From Ginglymostoma cirratum (lineage: Eukaryota): DNA of 64,000 nucleotides. Under the pieces are notes generated by a model. The model saw nothing but the letters and a program-made list of their open reading frames with translations. It searched no databases and was not told where the DNA came from. Of this stretch, positions 53,501 through 64,000 are shown piece by piece (within the stretch, counting starts at the first letter, position 1; every line of letters begins with the position of its first letter). The position numbers and the translations under genes are program-made. The stretch covers positions 6,907,573 through 6,971,572 of the forward strand of contig JAHRHZ010000084.1 of assembly GCA_024137785.1 (NCBI GenBank). The letters run 5' to 3'.

Positions 53501-54507
53501 TCCTACATTGTCTTTAGGTGTCGAATTTGCTTCCTGAATTCAAGCAATGAGCATAAACGTGCTTTAATTCATAACTTGCAGACAGAAGTCATTGCCTTTG
53601 ACTTCTGCATCATGATTAACGCTATCATGATTAACGCTATAAAAAGTGTTTCGTACTCAAAATGTCGGCAAACTTTGTTTTTGAATTTTATCTGCACCAT
53701 TACCAAAACTCCACTTTAATCTATGCAGCATTGCCCTCTAACGTTATTGCTATGCTCCCACTCTGCAGTTTCCTCAGGTAACCTAACTGTTTGCTGCCAA
53801 ATTCCAAACTCTGAACAAGTCGCCTCACCCATCAATTCGGTGTTTGCCGACCACGTGTTCCCCATCAAATCAATGCCTCGATTTTAAATCCTCATTTTTG
53901 TTCCCTGATCTGTTCCCTGCTACCTTTATGAGCCCAGCTAATCACAAAACTATCAGAAAAAATCCAACACGTTTAATCCCGACCTTCTGAGTATCCGCAA
54001 ATTTGATGAGCCTCCATCACTCTTTGGCCCCCTTGCCTTTAGATGACAAGGTTCCAAACTCGACGCATTCCTCTGAAAACCTTTCTACTTCGCACCTTCA
54101 CGTTCTTCCTTTACGATACCCATTAGGAGCTATGTATTTGATGAAGTTTTCTTCTTTCATACTTTTCAGTGCCAAATATTGCATTATGATGTTTTAAAGA
54201 AGCTCCTTGCGAAGTTTTGCTTCATCGAATGCGCTGTATAAAGACAAACATACGTTGTTAATGGCACATTGGTAATTCAGGGAACATGTTTGACCTGCCG
54301 ATTTTTGTTGATGATGTTACACTTGACTTCGAGATCTGCTGGACAGCACAATAGACGCAATAAATCCATTTTTTTTGGCATGGAACGACAAACATAGAGT
54401 GCCAATCGACATTCCCACGTGTTTCCGTTGAAAGAAATAGTTGACGCTCTGACAGTGGCAAACCAAACGTGAGACCAATCAGCCATCAATTCGAGGTTTA
54501 CCTCGGA

Positions 54508-54568
54508 ATGTCTGTCGTTGCAATGGCGCTGTTAACGGTCTTGTTGCTGTCGTGTCCAATTTGCACAG
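54508..54568 (+). pseudogene. IgSF receptor gene C: leader exon
   Basis: ATG, MSVVAMALLTVLLLSCPICT, phase-1 donor ag|gtatct; CCAAT motifs at 54402 and 54475. Confidence 0.8.
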
Positions 54569-54777
54569 GTATCTTCTTATCCTTGTTCTCAGACATCTCA
54601 TTAAAAACTAGAGATCTTACCTCATTACTATATCATTTTAATTGAATGTAGTTCGTTCCTTTGTTATCTTATTGCTCTTCTTTATTTCCATGTACAATTG
54701 TGCCCTCAAGTATTTGTTTTTGCATAGAATACAATTAATTAATATGGAGTTTTAAACAAAAATACTAGTTTTGGCAG

Positions 54778-55083
54778 TTACTTCCACCAGCGTATCTCAA
54801 CCTCCCAAAGAGGCAAATATCTTAAGTGATACAGATATCATTCTCTTCTGTATCATCCCCCTTTCTCGTGACAACTTAGGAGTCGTTGGTGAAAATGGGG
54901 AGAGAATAAATATCTGTAAACAGGACCAGATAACAGGTAACGTTTTGGTCTCAAAAATAAGAGAGGTATTTCTTTTAGATGTGCGAAACGCAACGCTTCA
55001 TGACTCAAGGCGTTGTAATTGTGCAGTAAGCCTTCAGGACAAAGCTCGTCGGAATGAATCTGGAACCAATCTAACTGTCGACG
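54778..55083 (+). pseudogene. IgSF receptor gene C: germline-joined VJ domain exon
   Basis: ttggcag| VTSTSVSQPPKEANILSDTDIILFC...[other frame W*KWGENKYL*TGPDNR*RF]...DVRNATLHDSRRCNCAV...NESGTNLTVD; donor mutated (ggaagt). Confidence 0.85.
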
Positions 55084-55747
55084 GGAAGTGAAGGGGGAAC
55101 AGGAATATTCAGGACGTTTTGTTGTCAATGCTCTTTTATGCCATTTTTGAATGCAGACAACATATTGATGTTTACTGTATAATTCTGTAAACAACGCTTA
55201 AAAGCACCTGAAGTTTTCTTATCTGTGGTCTTTATAGCGGCGTCAATATCAACATGGGTATCGAATATATACCAAACTTATTATAATGTCAATAAATTTA
55301 GGCAACCAGGAATATAATAACGAACTGCAGGGAATCCTCAGCAAGGCACGTGGAGTCTGCACACAGTTATTATCTCAGGCCTACAACCTTGATAAATTGG
55401 ATGTCGATGTATTCTTTTCAAAATATAGCTTTAACTTTAGATATTCTTATACTAAGGTTCGCCACCGTCCCTCCATGTACTATATTCCTCAGCTCTTTGT
55501 GCCTGTCTCAGCAGCATATACAGTAGCTTCTAGATAACCAATGAGAAACTTCCCAATCTTCTAAATTTCTAAACTTTTCACTCACTTTTGTTTTTGCGAA
55601 CTGACCCATAGACATTGCAACTCACCTGGAAACACACCGATCCATTGTTATTTACAAGAACAGGTTAAATGAGCATACCGTTCCTCTCAAGTTTCTGATG
55701 CTGAACATCTGTCCAGTAACCTGATGTTCTTCATCTTCTGTTTGCAG

Positions 55748-56045
55748 TGTCTCCAGTTTCAATCACGATTTTTGCGAAACCACCTATGGACAATTCATAG
55801 AAGTTTCTAACTCTCCTATGTGAAATTAATGGATTTTACTCTCCTTTGGTATAAAAATGGCACGGTAATCACAACAAAGATAAACACGATTAATAAGCAG
55901 AACGGTAGTGGACTGTACGAAGACTCCAATTCTTTGTAAGAATCACAGTCTGAGGGGAATGACAACATTTGTGTCTGTTTGAAAACACATATCTCCCTCC
56001 AGATTTCCACCATTGCCATCCACAAAGTGATCAATCACCATTCAG
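55748..56045 (+). pseudogene. IgSF receptor gene C: C1-set domain exon
   Basis: tttgcag| VSPVSITIF...LTLLCEINGFYS /frameshift/ LWYKNG...QNGSGLYEDSNSL*...CVCLKTHISL; paralogous to 36707-37013; donor mutated (ttatgc). Confidence 0.85.
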
Positions 56046-56645
56046 TTATGCGACAAACAGGCCAAGAAATGAAGCCTGCAATTAGTAACACTACTTTGAA
56101 TTTATTCAAATGGTTAATCATGAAGGTAGTTACAAAGTAAATTCCTCAAAATAACACAGCCACACAAAACAAATTTAGAGAATCCTTCCACACAAAACAA
56201 GAATCATTGAAAGAAGATAACAAATAGGATAGGAATAGGCTATATGCCCCAGCAAACATGTTTGGCCAACAATAAGGCAGTTGACGTCAGTTCCATCACC
56301 ATATACCTGATGCCAGTATCTACAATTCTGGTAGAGGTATTTTTGGAGTCTCATTGCCAACTAGAGTAGAGAATATCAGATTCACAACATTTGAATACAG
56401 CTATTCCTCCTCATCTCAGCATTAAACGGCTTAACTCTTGAGTCATTATGATGCCTGCTCCTATATTGCCGAGACAGAGGATTATATCACTGCGATATCC
56501 TTTAGGTAACATGAAAGGATTCATTCGATATTGTGAAACTATTGAAAACACACTTGGTTTAACCAAGAAACAGTTCTTTCGACCTTTTTCCAAACAGCTA
56601 CCTTTAATGTACAGATTAATATCTATATTCACGTTATCCTTGCAG

Positions 56646-56760
56646 ATTGTGTTGGTATGCCCATTTATTATTTATGCTTCAGGTACACGATGGGGGATTG
56701 GTGTTGCTACTGCTCCTGACCATCATTAAGCTACACTGTTTTCAATTCCAAAAGGGAAAG
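56646..56760 (+). pseudogene. IgSF receptor gene C: transmembrane exon
   Basis: ccttgcag| ... /frameshift/ GGLVLLLLLTIIKLHCFQFQKGK |gtaagg. Confidence 0.75.
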
Positions 56761-57685
56761 GTAAGGCATAATGTAACAATTTTATTTTAATACAAAACTA
56801 CCTATTGCAGAAAGAGAAAATCTGAATGTCCACCACTCATACAGGGAAGAAGATTGGATTTAATGTTTTCTATTTCAAACAGGACAACCAGTATTGTTCC
56901 AAAAAGGAATAAATACTTTACTCAAAATATCGCAGCAGTCACAAAATCATATCAAAATTGTATTTGAGTTTACCCATCTGCATTGAAATGTTTGTGTTGC
57001 AGCAAGCACTAAATGTATGCGTCCTCACACGCTATCAGTTTACAAGTACCTTTTCGTAGAACATGTTTTTTCCTGTGACGCCTAGTGGGATTCAAGCCTA
57101 AGACAACTGCAGATCATTGCAGCTCAGGACAGGGACTGTGATACAAACACTGTCAAGGAAATCTGAAACGGATTAATCCGGTTCTACTTTATGTCTTCTT
57201 TGGAATGCAAGTAAACTATTGAAGGATTCGACATGAAAACATTGCCTGCTATTTATATGAATTTCTATGTTGAAACAGCAATATTAAAATGTGTCACAGC
57301 GGTATGAAGAGCAAAGCCCTTTTTCATACAGCTCTGCAATGTTTAAAATTTGTATGTGAAATGATTGCTACAATGAATAACGGTATCTATTTTTAGATAA
57401 GATTTGATTTAATTTATTATTATTGTCATATTTACCTAGGTACAATGAAAAGATTTGTTTTGCGTGCAGTACAGGCAGACCAGAACATACCAAGGTCAGA
57501 GGGTGATTCACAGAACGAGGAACACAAAAAATATTTGTCACGTGGAAAAATAGCTAACATCAGTAAAAAGGGAATGAAGTTCATAGAATCCCTACAGTAT
57601 GGGAACAGCCCCTTCGGCCCAACAACTCCACAATGGCCCTCAGAGCATCCCATCCAGACACATCCCTATAACCCAGCTAAGCTAC

Positions 57686-58640
57686 TCCTCCGACATTTCC
57701 GCCATCTGCAATCCGACCCCACCACCAAGGGTCATTTTTCCCTCCCCACACTTATCTGCTTTCCGGAGGGACCACTCCCTCCGTGACTCCCTTGTCCGCT
57801 CCACACTCCCCTCCAGCCCCACCACTCCCGGCACTTTTCCCTGCAACCGCAGGAAGTTCTGCATCTGCCCCCACACCTCCTCCCTCACCCCAATCCCAGG
57901 CCCCAAGAAGACTTCCACATCAGCCAGATGTTCACTTGCACATCTGCCAATGTGGTATACTGCATCCGCTGTACCGGTTGTGGCCTCCTCTACATCGGCG
58001 AAACCAAGCGGAGGCTTGGGGACCGCTTTGCAGAACACCTGCGCTCAGTTCGCAACAAACGACTGCACCTCCCATTCCTCAGACGACATGTCCATCCTGG
58101 GCCTCCAGCAATGCCACAGTGATGCCACCCGAAGGCTGCAGTAACAGCAAATCATATTCAGCCTGGGAACCCTGCAGCCCAATGGTATCAATGTGGATTT
58201 CACAAGCTTCAAAATGTCCCCTCCCCCAACCGCATTCCAAAACCAGACCAGCTCATCTCCGCCTCCCTAACCTGTCCTTCCTCTCACCTATCCCCTCCTC
58301 CCACCTCAAGCCCCACCCCCATCTCCTATCTGCTAGCCTCATCCCGCCCCCTTGACCTGTCCGTCCTCCCTGGACTGACCTATCTCCTCCCTACACCACC
58401 CCCCCCACCTACACTCACCTTTACTGGCTCCATCCCCGCCTCTTCGACTTGTCTGTCTCCTCTCCACCTATCCTCTCCTCTATCCATCTTCTATCCGCCT
58501 CCCCCTCTCTCCCTATTTATTTCAGAACCATCTTCCCCTCCCCCATTTCTGATGAAGGGTCTAGGCTCGAAACGTCAAGTTTTCCTGTTCCTATGATGCT
58601 GATTGGCCTGCTGTGTTCATCCAGCTCCACACCTTGTTAT
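57686..58640 (+). mobile_element. Penelope-like element, 5'-truncated, 9-bp TSD CTAAGCTAC
   Basis: VVYCIRCTGCGLLYIGETKRRLGDRFAEHL; TSD at 57677-57685 and 58641-58649. Confidence 0.92.
58549..58576 (+). ncRNA. Minimal hammerhead ribozyme motif (PLE type)
   Basis: CTGATGA-agggtctaggctc-GAAACGTC, all core positions intact. Confidence 0.65.
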
Positions 58641-59197
58641 CTAAGCTACACGACAGGCAATTTAGCATGGCCAATCCACCTCGTCTGAACATCGTTGGAC
58701 GATGGGAGGAAACTGGAACAACCGAAGAAACCCACGCGGAGACAGGGAGAACGTACAAACTCCACACAGACTGTTGCCCGAGGGTGATATCGAACCTGAG
58801 TCCCCGGTGCTGTGAGGCAGCAGTACTAACCACTGAGCCACCAAAGCTGATTCAGCAAAAACAAAATTAGTCACTTCCGTTGTAGGTCACGTTCAGCATC
58901 ACACCCAGTCTTCCCCGTTGTTAAAAGATGAATGGAGAAAAGAACAGCGCCAATTTGATTGAAATCTAAATGGCTAGCCATGCTGAACAGCTTTTTGTCT
59001 TTGAATTTCGGAACTAAGCATAAGTAATACATGTTCTAGGACGTTTGGAAATGTTAATACATTTCTAACTTTTTTTTTATTTTGTAACTGTGCTGTAACA
59101 TGTTAATTTATATGGTTAAATATTGATTACAGTGACCACTAGAATTGCCTGCTTTCATTTCACAAGTCCTTATAACTATTCAGTTTTGTGTTTTATC

Positions 59198-59330
59198 ACC
59201 AACTATTCTGCTCAAAGATTCAACAAATCTAAAACGATGATGGAAAATGAAATAAATATACAAGATCTATTTGCCAGACCCGGTTAGGAAATAAAGCATG
59301 AAATGGTTACTATGCTGCTGTAAACTGTAC
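59198..59330 (+). pseudogene. Probable terminal cytoplasmic exon of gene C with two decayed ITIM-like motifs
   Basis: TNYSAQRFNKSK...EIKHEMVT then, after a 1-nt shift, YAAVN; one in-frame stop; acceptor not identified. Confidence 0.4.
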
Positions 59331-61291
59331 CATAACCATGTAAACTTCTACACTTATACTTGATGAGGACAATTCAGTGCACACTTCGACAGTAATAAGA
59401 AAAGAAACAAACGTTCACAGATCACGACAACAGCGCTTCTAATCCGGTGATTAAGGGTGAGACAAAATTGACAGCCTGTAATCTTGTCCTTACATTCACT
59501 TTCTCAGTCTTGTTTCCAGACAACGCACCCCACCTACCCCCGCACCCCCCTCCCCCACACCACTACAAATGTATTTTTTTGGGCAAAAGCCGAGAAGAAA
59601 AATGATAAAGGCACCAATTAACAAACTGTCAAAACGTTAATTTGCAGGCCAGTTCAATTTTCCACATGAATCCGGATTTGTTAGGCTCCAAATTAAAACT
59701 GAGGACGTTGAAAGTGACATCTGATAAAAGAGTTACCTGTTGAACGAAGAAAACACTAATTTTCAATGTAATTGCTTGTTAATAAATATTGATAAATATT
59801 TGTCGAAACTCCAATTGTTTACTTGTAATAGCACGTAAGGTTCCTTATATTGTTTGAAGATTCTAAAATGTGTAGTAGATTGAGTAGGCATTTGTCATTT
59901 TAATATGTATTGTCAATAAAATGAACAATGTTGGAATATAGAACATAGAACATAGATCAGTACAGCGCAGTAGAGGGCTTTCGGCCCACCACGTTGTGAC
60001 GACCTATTATCCTACTATAAGATCAAACGAATCTGCATACGTAACATTATACTATCATCCATGTGCCTATCCAAGAGTTGCTGAAATGTCTCTAATGTAT
60101 CTGACTTCACTACCACTTGCCGGCAGCGCATTCCACGCGCCCACCATTCTCTGTGTAACGAACCTATCTTTGACATCTCCTCTACACCTTCCACCAATCA
60201 CCTTTAAATTATGTCCCCTTGTCATAGTCATTTCCACCATGGGGGACAAAATAGTTTCTTGCTATTCACTCTATCTATGCCTGTCATCATCTTGTACACT
60301 TTTATCAAGTCACCATTCATCCTTCTTCGCTCTAATAAAAAAACCCTAGCTCCCACAACCTTTCCTCATGAGACTTGCCCTCCAGTCCAAGCAGCATACT
60401 GGTAAATATCCTCTGCACCCTCTCTAAACCTTCCATATCCTTCCTTTAATGAGGCGACCAGTAGTGAACACAATAATCCAAATGTGGTCTAACCAGGATT
60501 TTATAGAACTGCAGGATAACTTCATACCAATGAAAGCCAACACACCATATGCCTTCTTTACAACCCTATCAACTTGGGTAGCAATTTTGAGGGATCTATG
60601 GAAGTGAACCTCAAGATCTCTCTGTTTCTCCATACTGCCAGGAATCCTGCCATTAGTCCTGTATTCTGCATTCAAATTCGACCTTCCAAAATGAATCACT
60701 TCACACTTTTCTAGGTTTAATTCTATCTGCCTCTTCTTTGCCCAGCTATGCATCTATGACAAAGCCCCATTGCAACCTACAACAGCCCTCCACGCTATCC
60801 ACAACTCCACCAAACTTCGTATTATCGGCAAACTTACAAACCCACCCTTCCACTTCCTCATCCACATCATTTATAAAGATTACAAAGAGCAGAGGTCCCA
60901 GGACAGATTCCTGCAGAACACCACTGGTCACCGAGCTCCAGGCTGAATACTTTCCATCTACTACCACCCTCTGTCTTCGACTGGACAGCTGGTTTTGTAT
61001 CCAGACAGCCAAATTTCCCTGAATTCCGTCCCTCCTTACTGTCTGAATGAGCCTACCATAGGGAACCTTACCAAATGCCATGCTAAAATCAATATACACC
61101 ACATCCACTGCCCTGCCTTCATCTTTGTGTTTTGTCACATCCTCAGTGAATTCAATAAGGCTTGTGAAGCATGACCTGCCCCTCAGAAAACTGTGCTGAC
61201 TATTTCTAATCAAACTATGTTTTCCCAAATGATCATAAATACCATCTCTCAGAATCCTCTCGAATAATTTGCCCACCACAGAAATAAAACT

Positions 61292-61455
61292 TGACGTTTC
61301 GGGCCTAAACCCTTCATCATAAATTTCTGATGAAGGGTTTAGGCCCGAAACGTCGAGTTTTCCTGCTCCTATGATGCTGCTTGACCTGCTGTGCTCATCC
61401 AGCCCCATGCTTGTTATCTCGGATTCTCCAGCATCTGCAGTACCTTTTATCTCTG
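61292..61455 (+). mobile_element. 164-bp Penelope-terminus mini-insertion inside the CR1, 14-bp TSD
   Basis: ACAGAAATAAAACT at 61278-61291 and 61456-61469; hairpin ~61288-61359. Confidence 0.9.
61327..61354 (+). ncRNA. Minimal hammerhead ribozyme motif, with an antisense partner at 61293-61320
   Basis: CTGATGA-agggtttaggccc-GAAACGTC intact; the - strand copy reads ATGATGA...GAAACGTC. Confidence 0.7.
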
Positions 61456-64000
61456 ACAGAAATAAAACTGACTGGTCTGTAATTCTCAGGGTTATTCCTG
61501 TTCCCTTTCTTGAACAATGGAATGATATTTGCCACCCTCCGATCATCTAGTGCTGCTCCAGTGAACAGTGAGGATGCAAAGATAATCCGCAAAGGGGCAG
61601 AAGTCTCTTCCTTCACTTCCAGTAGAAACTGTGGGTATATCACATCTGCCCCAGGGGACTTACCTAAATTTATGTTTGCAATATTTCTAGCACATCCTCC
61701 TTCCTAACATTAACTTTTACGAGCATATCTGCCTGTTCTCTGTTGCCCTCACAAACGCCAAGGTCCCTCTCACTGATGAATACCAAAGCAAAGCGTTCAT
61801 TAAGGACCCCCCCACCTCCTCTGCTTCCGTGCACAAGTTCCCTCCACTATGACTGATTGGCTCTACCCTGACTATGGCCATCCTCTTGTTCTTCACATAA
61901 GCATAGAACGCTTGGTGTTTTCTTTGATTCTACCCACCAAGGCTTTTTCATGCTCCCTTCTAGCTCTCCAAAGTCCATTCTTCAGTTCCTTCTGGGCTGC
62001 CTTGTAGCCCTGTCAAGCCTGTCCGATCCTGGCTTCCTCAACCTTAAGTAAGCTTCCTTCTTCCTCTCGACTAGGTGTTCAACATGTCTAGTCATCAATG
62101 GTTCCTTCACCTTATCATCCCTTCCTTGCCTCAGTGAGACAAACGTACCCAGTAGTCGTAGCAACTGCTCCCTAAACAATCTCCACATTTCCATCGTGCA
62201 TTTCGCTGAGAACATCTCTTCCCCATTTATGCTCCGTATTTCTTGCCTAACAGCATTGTAATTCTCCCTCCCTCAATTAAGTATTTTCCCATACCTTCTG
62301 CACCTATCCCTCTCCATGACTATAGTGAATGTCAGGGAGCTATGATCACGATAACTGAAATGCTCTCCACCGAGAGATCTGACACCTAGCCTGGTTCGTT
62401 GCCAAGCACCTAATTCAATATGGCCTCCCCTCTGGTCGACCTATCTACGTATTGAGTCAGAAGTCCTTCCTGGACACACCTGACAAAATTTGCTCCATCC
62501 CAACTATTTGCACTTAGTAGGTTCCAGTCGATATCAGGGAAGTTGAAATCACCCATGACAACAACACTGTTGCTTCTGTAACTTTCCACAATCTGCCTCC
62601 CAACCTGTTCCCCAGAGTCTCTGTTGCTATTGAGGGGTCTGTAGAAAACTACCAATAATGTGACTGCTCGTTTCCTGTTTCTGACTTGCACCCATACTCA
62701 CTCAGTAGGCAAACCCTCCTCGATGACCTCCCTTCTGCAGCTGTGGTACCACCCCTGATCAGCAATACCACTACCCCACCTCTTTTACCCCCATCCCTAT
62801 TTATTTTTACACGTCTAAACACTGGAATATACAACAACCATTTTTGTCCCTGTGTTATCCAAGTCTCAGTAATGGCCACCACATCATAGTTCCAAGTACT
62901 ATTCCATGCTTTAAGTTAGTCACCTTATTCCTGACACTTCTGGCATTAAAATAGACACACTTCAACCCGTTGTACTGACTGGAATTTTGGTCTATCAACT
63001 GTTTGTCCTCCCTCACAGTCTCTCTGCATACTCTATCTGCCTGTACACCAGCTATCCCATCCTCTGAACCGTAGCTCCTGTTCCCATCACCCTGCCAAAT
63101 TAGGTTAAACCCTCTCCGAGAGCTCTAGCAAACCTCCCGCCCAGGATATTGGTGCTCCTCCAATTCAGGAACAACCCATCCTTCCTGTACAGGTCCCACC
63201 TCCCCCAGAAGGTATCCCAATGATCCACATATCTGAAGCCTTCCCACCTACACCAGCTCTGTAGTCACGTGTTCATCTGAACTCGCATTCTATTTCTGGC
63301 CTCACTAGCCCGTGGCACCTCAAGGCAATCTATGCTTATGTGTCCGTGGCACCGGTGCCAATCCTGAGATTACTACTCTGCTCTTCCTGACTTTTAGCTT
63401 CCATCCTAACTCCCTATATTCGCTTTTCAGTGCCCCATTCCTTTTCCTGGCTATGTCACTCTTCTAACAATCAATCACGTGTCTTTTGTGAGTAATCTTA
63501 CAAAGCTTGGGATTGTTTTGCCTGTTGCATTATTGACTTCTGGAAAAGATTATGCTTTTAATTCGGATGCTACCATCTATGAGCTAGCCCTCAAATCCCC
63601 CGAGCACATCATTGACCTAATTTAGCTCGCAATGTATTTCTTCCTTTTCCTTACGACTATCTATGCTCATTCCAAATGTCCATACAATTAATAGGTTCGA
63701 GCGTCAGAAATGCCTGAAAATAAGTGTTTTGGATTTGTCATCAGAGGAAAGAAAATTTACGGGCTTCTAGCAACAACATGTGGACTATGTATTGTAGCAA
63801 ATTGGAAAAAAAAACCCTACAGAATTGAACACATTTATTTTAGCGATGATGCCCTGTTTTAACATTGGCTGCCTCATTGGCTGAAGGATATCCAAAGATT
63901 ATCATAATAAGTTATGAATTATATAAGATGTATGTAATATGAATTACAAGGTTGGAACTTTATGCAGCTACTTACTGATCGTTAGGCCATCAACCATTCC

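Larger units (their letters stand above)
57582..58842 (-). mobile_element. HE1/V-SINE-like tRNA SINE split by a Penelope insertion
   Basis: Head 58650-58842 (reverse complement ggtggctcagtgg box A, ggttcgat box B, tgtgtggagtttg..cgttctccc central domain); CR1-like tail 57582-57676. Confidence 0.8.
59935..63470 (-). mobile_element. CR1 LINE, ~3.5 kb (ORF1 esterase C-part, APE endonuclease, RT, 3' tail), defective
   Basis: VAITETW and VVMGDFNFPDIDW (EN); ENYRPVS, SGVLQESVLGPLLF and KFADNTK (RT); DGLFLN (~63165-63180, SGNH-like); agaacat repeats at the 3' end. Confidence 0.93.

Noticed and set aside
54254-54489. - strand ORFs containing YCAV and a gtatgt donor
   Set aside because: No other V-domain hallmarks and no convincing signal peptide; probably promoter-region sequence.
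58770-58842. tRNA gene
   Set aside because: Box A/B are present but run into a SINE body; this is a SINE head.

Overview
Eukaryotic, AT-rich, repeat-dense DNA that looks like a cartilaginous-fish (probably shark) genome. This assignment is inferred from CR1-type LINEs, HE1/V-SINE-like and Deu-type tRNA SINEs and GIY-YIG Penelope-like elements. I found no intact protein-coding gene; most ORF-track entries are retroelement debris or chance ORFs. Among the repeats is a cluster of decayed immunoglobulin-superfamily receptor genes with the layout leader / germline-joined VJ domain / C1-set domain / transmembrane / cytoplasmic exon(s). One copy is on the + strand (54508-~59330, with ITIM-like remnants) and one on the - strand (40770-~35441, basic residues in the TM). 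A third, much more degenerate multi-Ig gene lies on the - strand (~53500-45400), head-to-head with the + copy, and there are possible exons of a fourth gene near the window start. Mobile elements include: a complete but dead Gmr1-type Ty3/gypsy provirus (integrase before RT, SCAN-like gag); a related solo LTR; an ERV-like solo LTR with a 4-bp TSD; a 3.5-kb CR1; and several Penelope-like elements. The Penelope termini carry minimal hammerhead-ribozyme motifs (CTGANGA-stem II-GAAACGTH), and some tiny insertions have one motif on each strand. All calls were made by eye; repeat boundaries are approximate.
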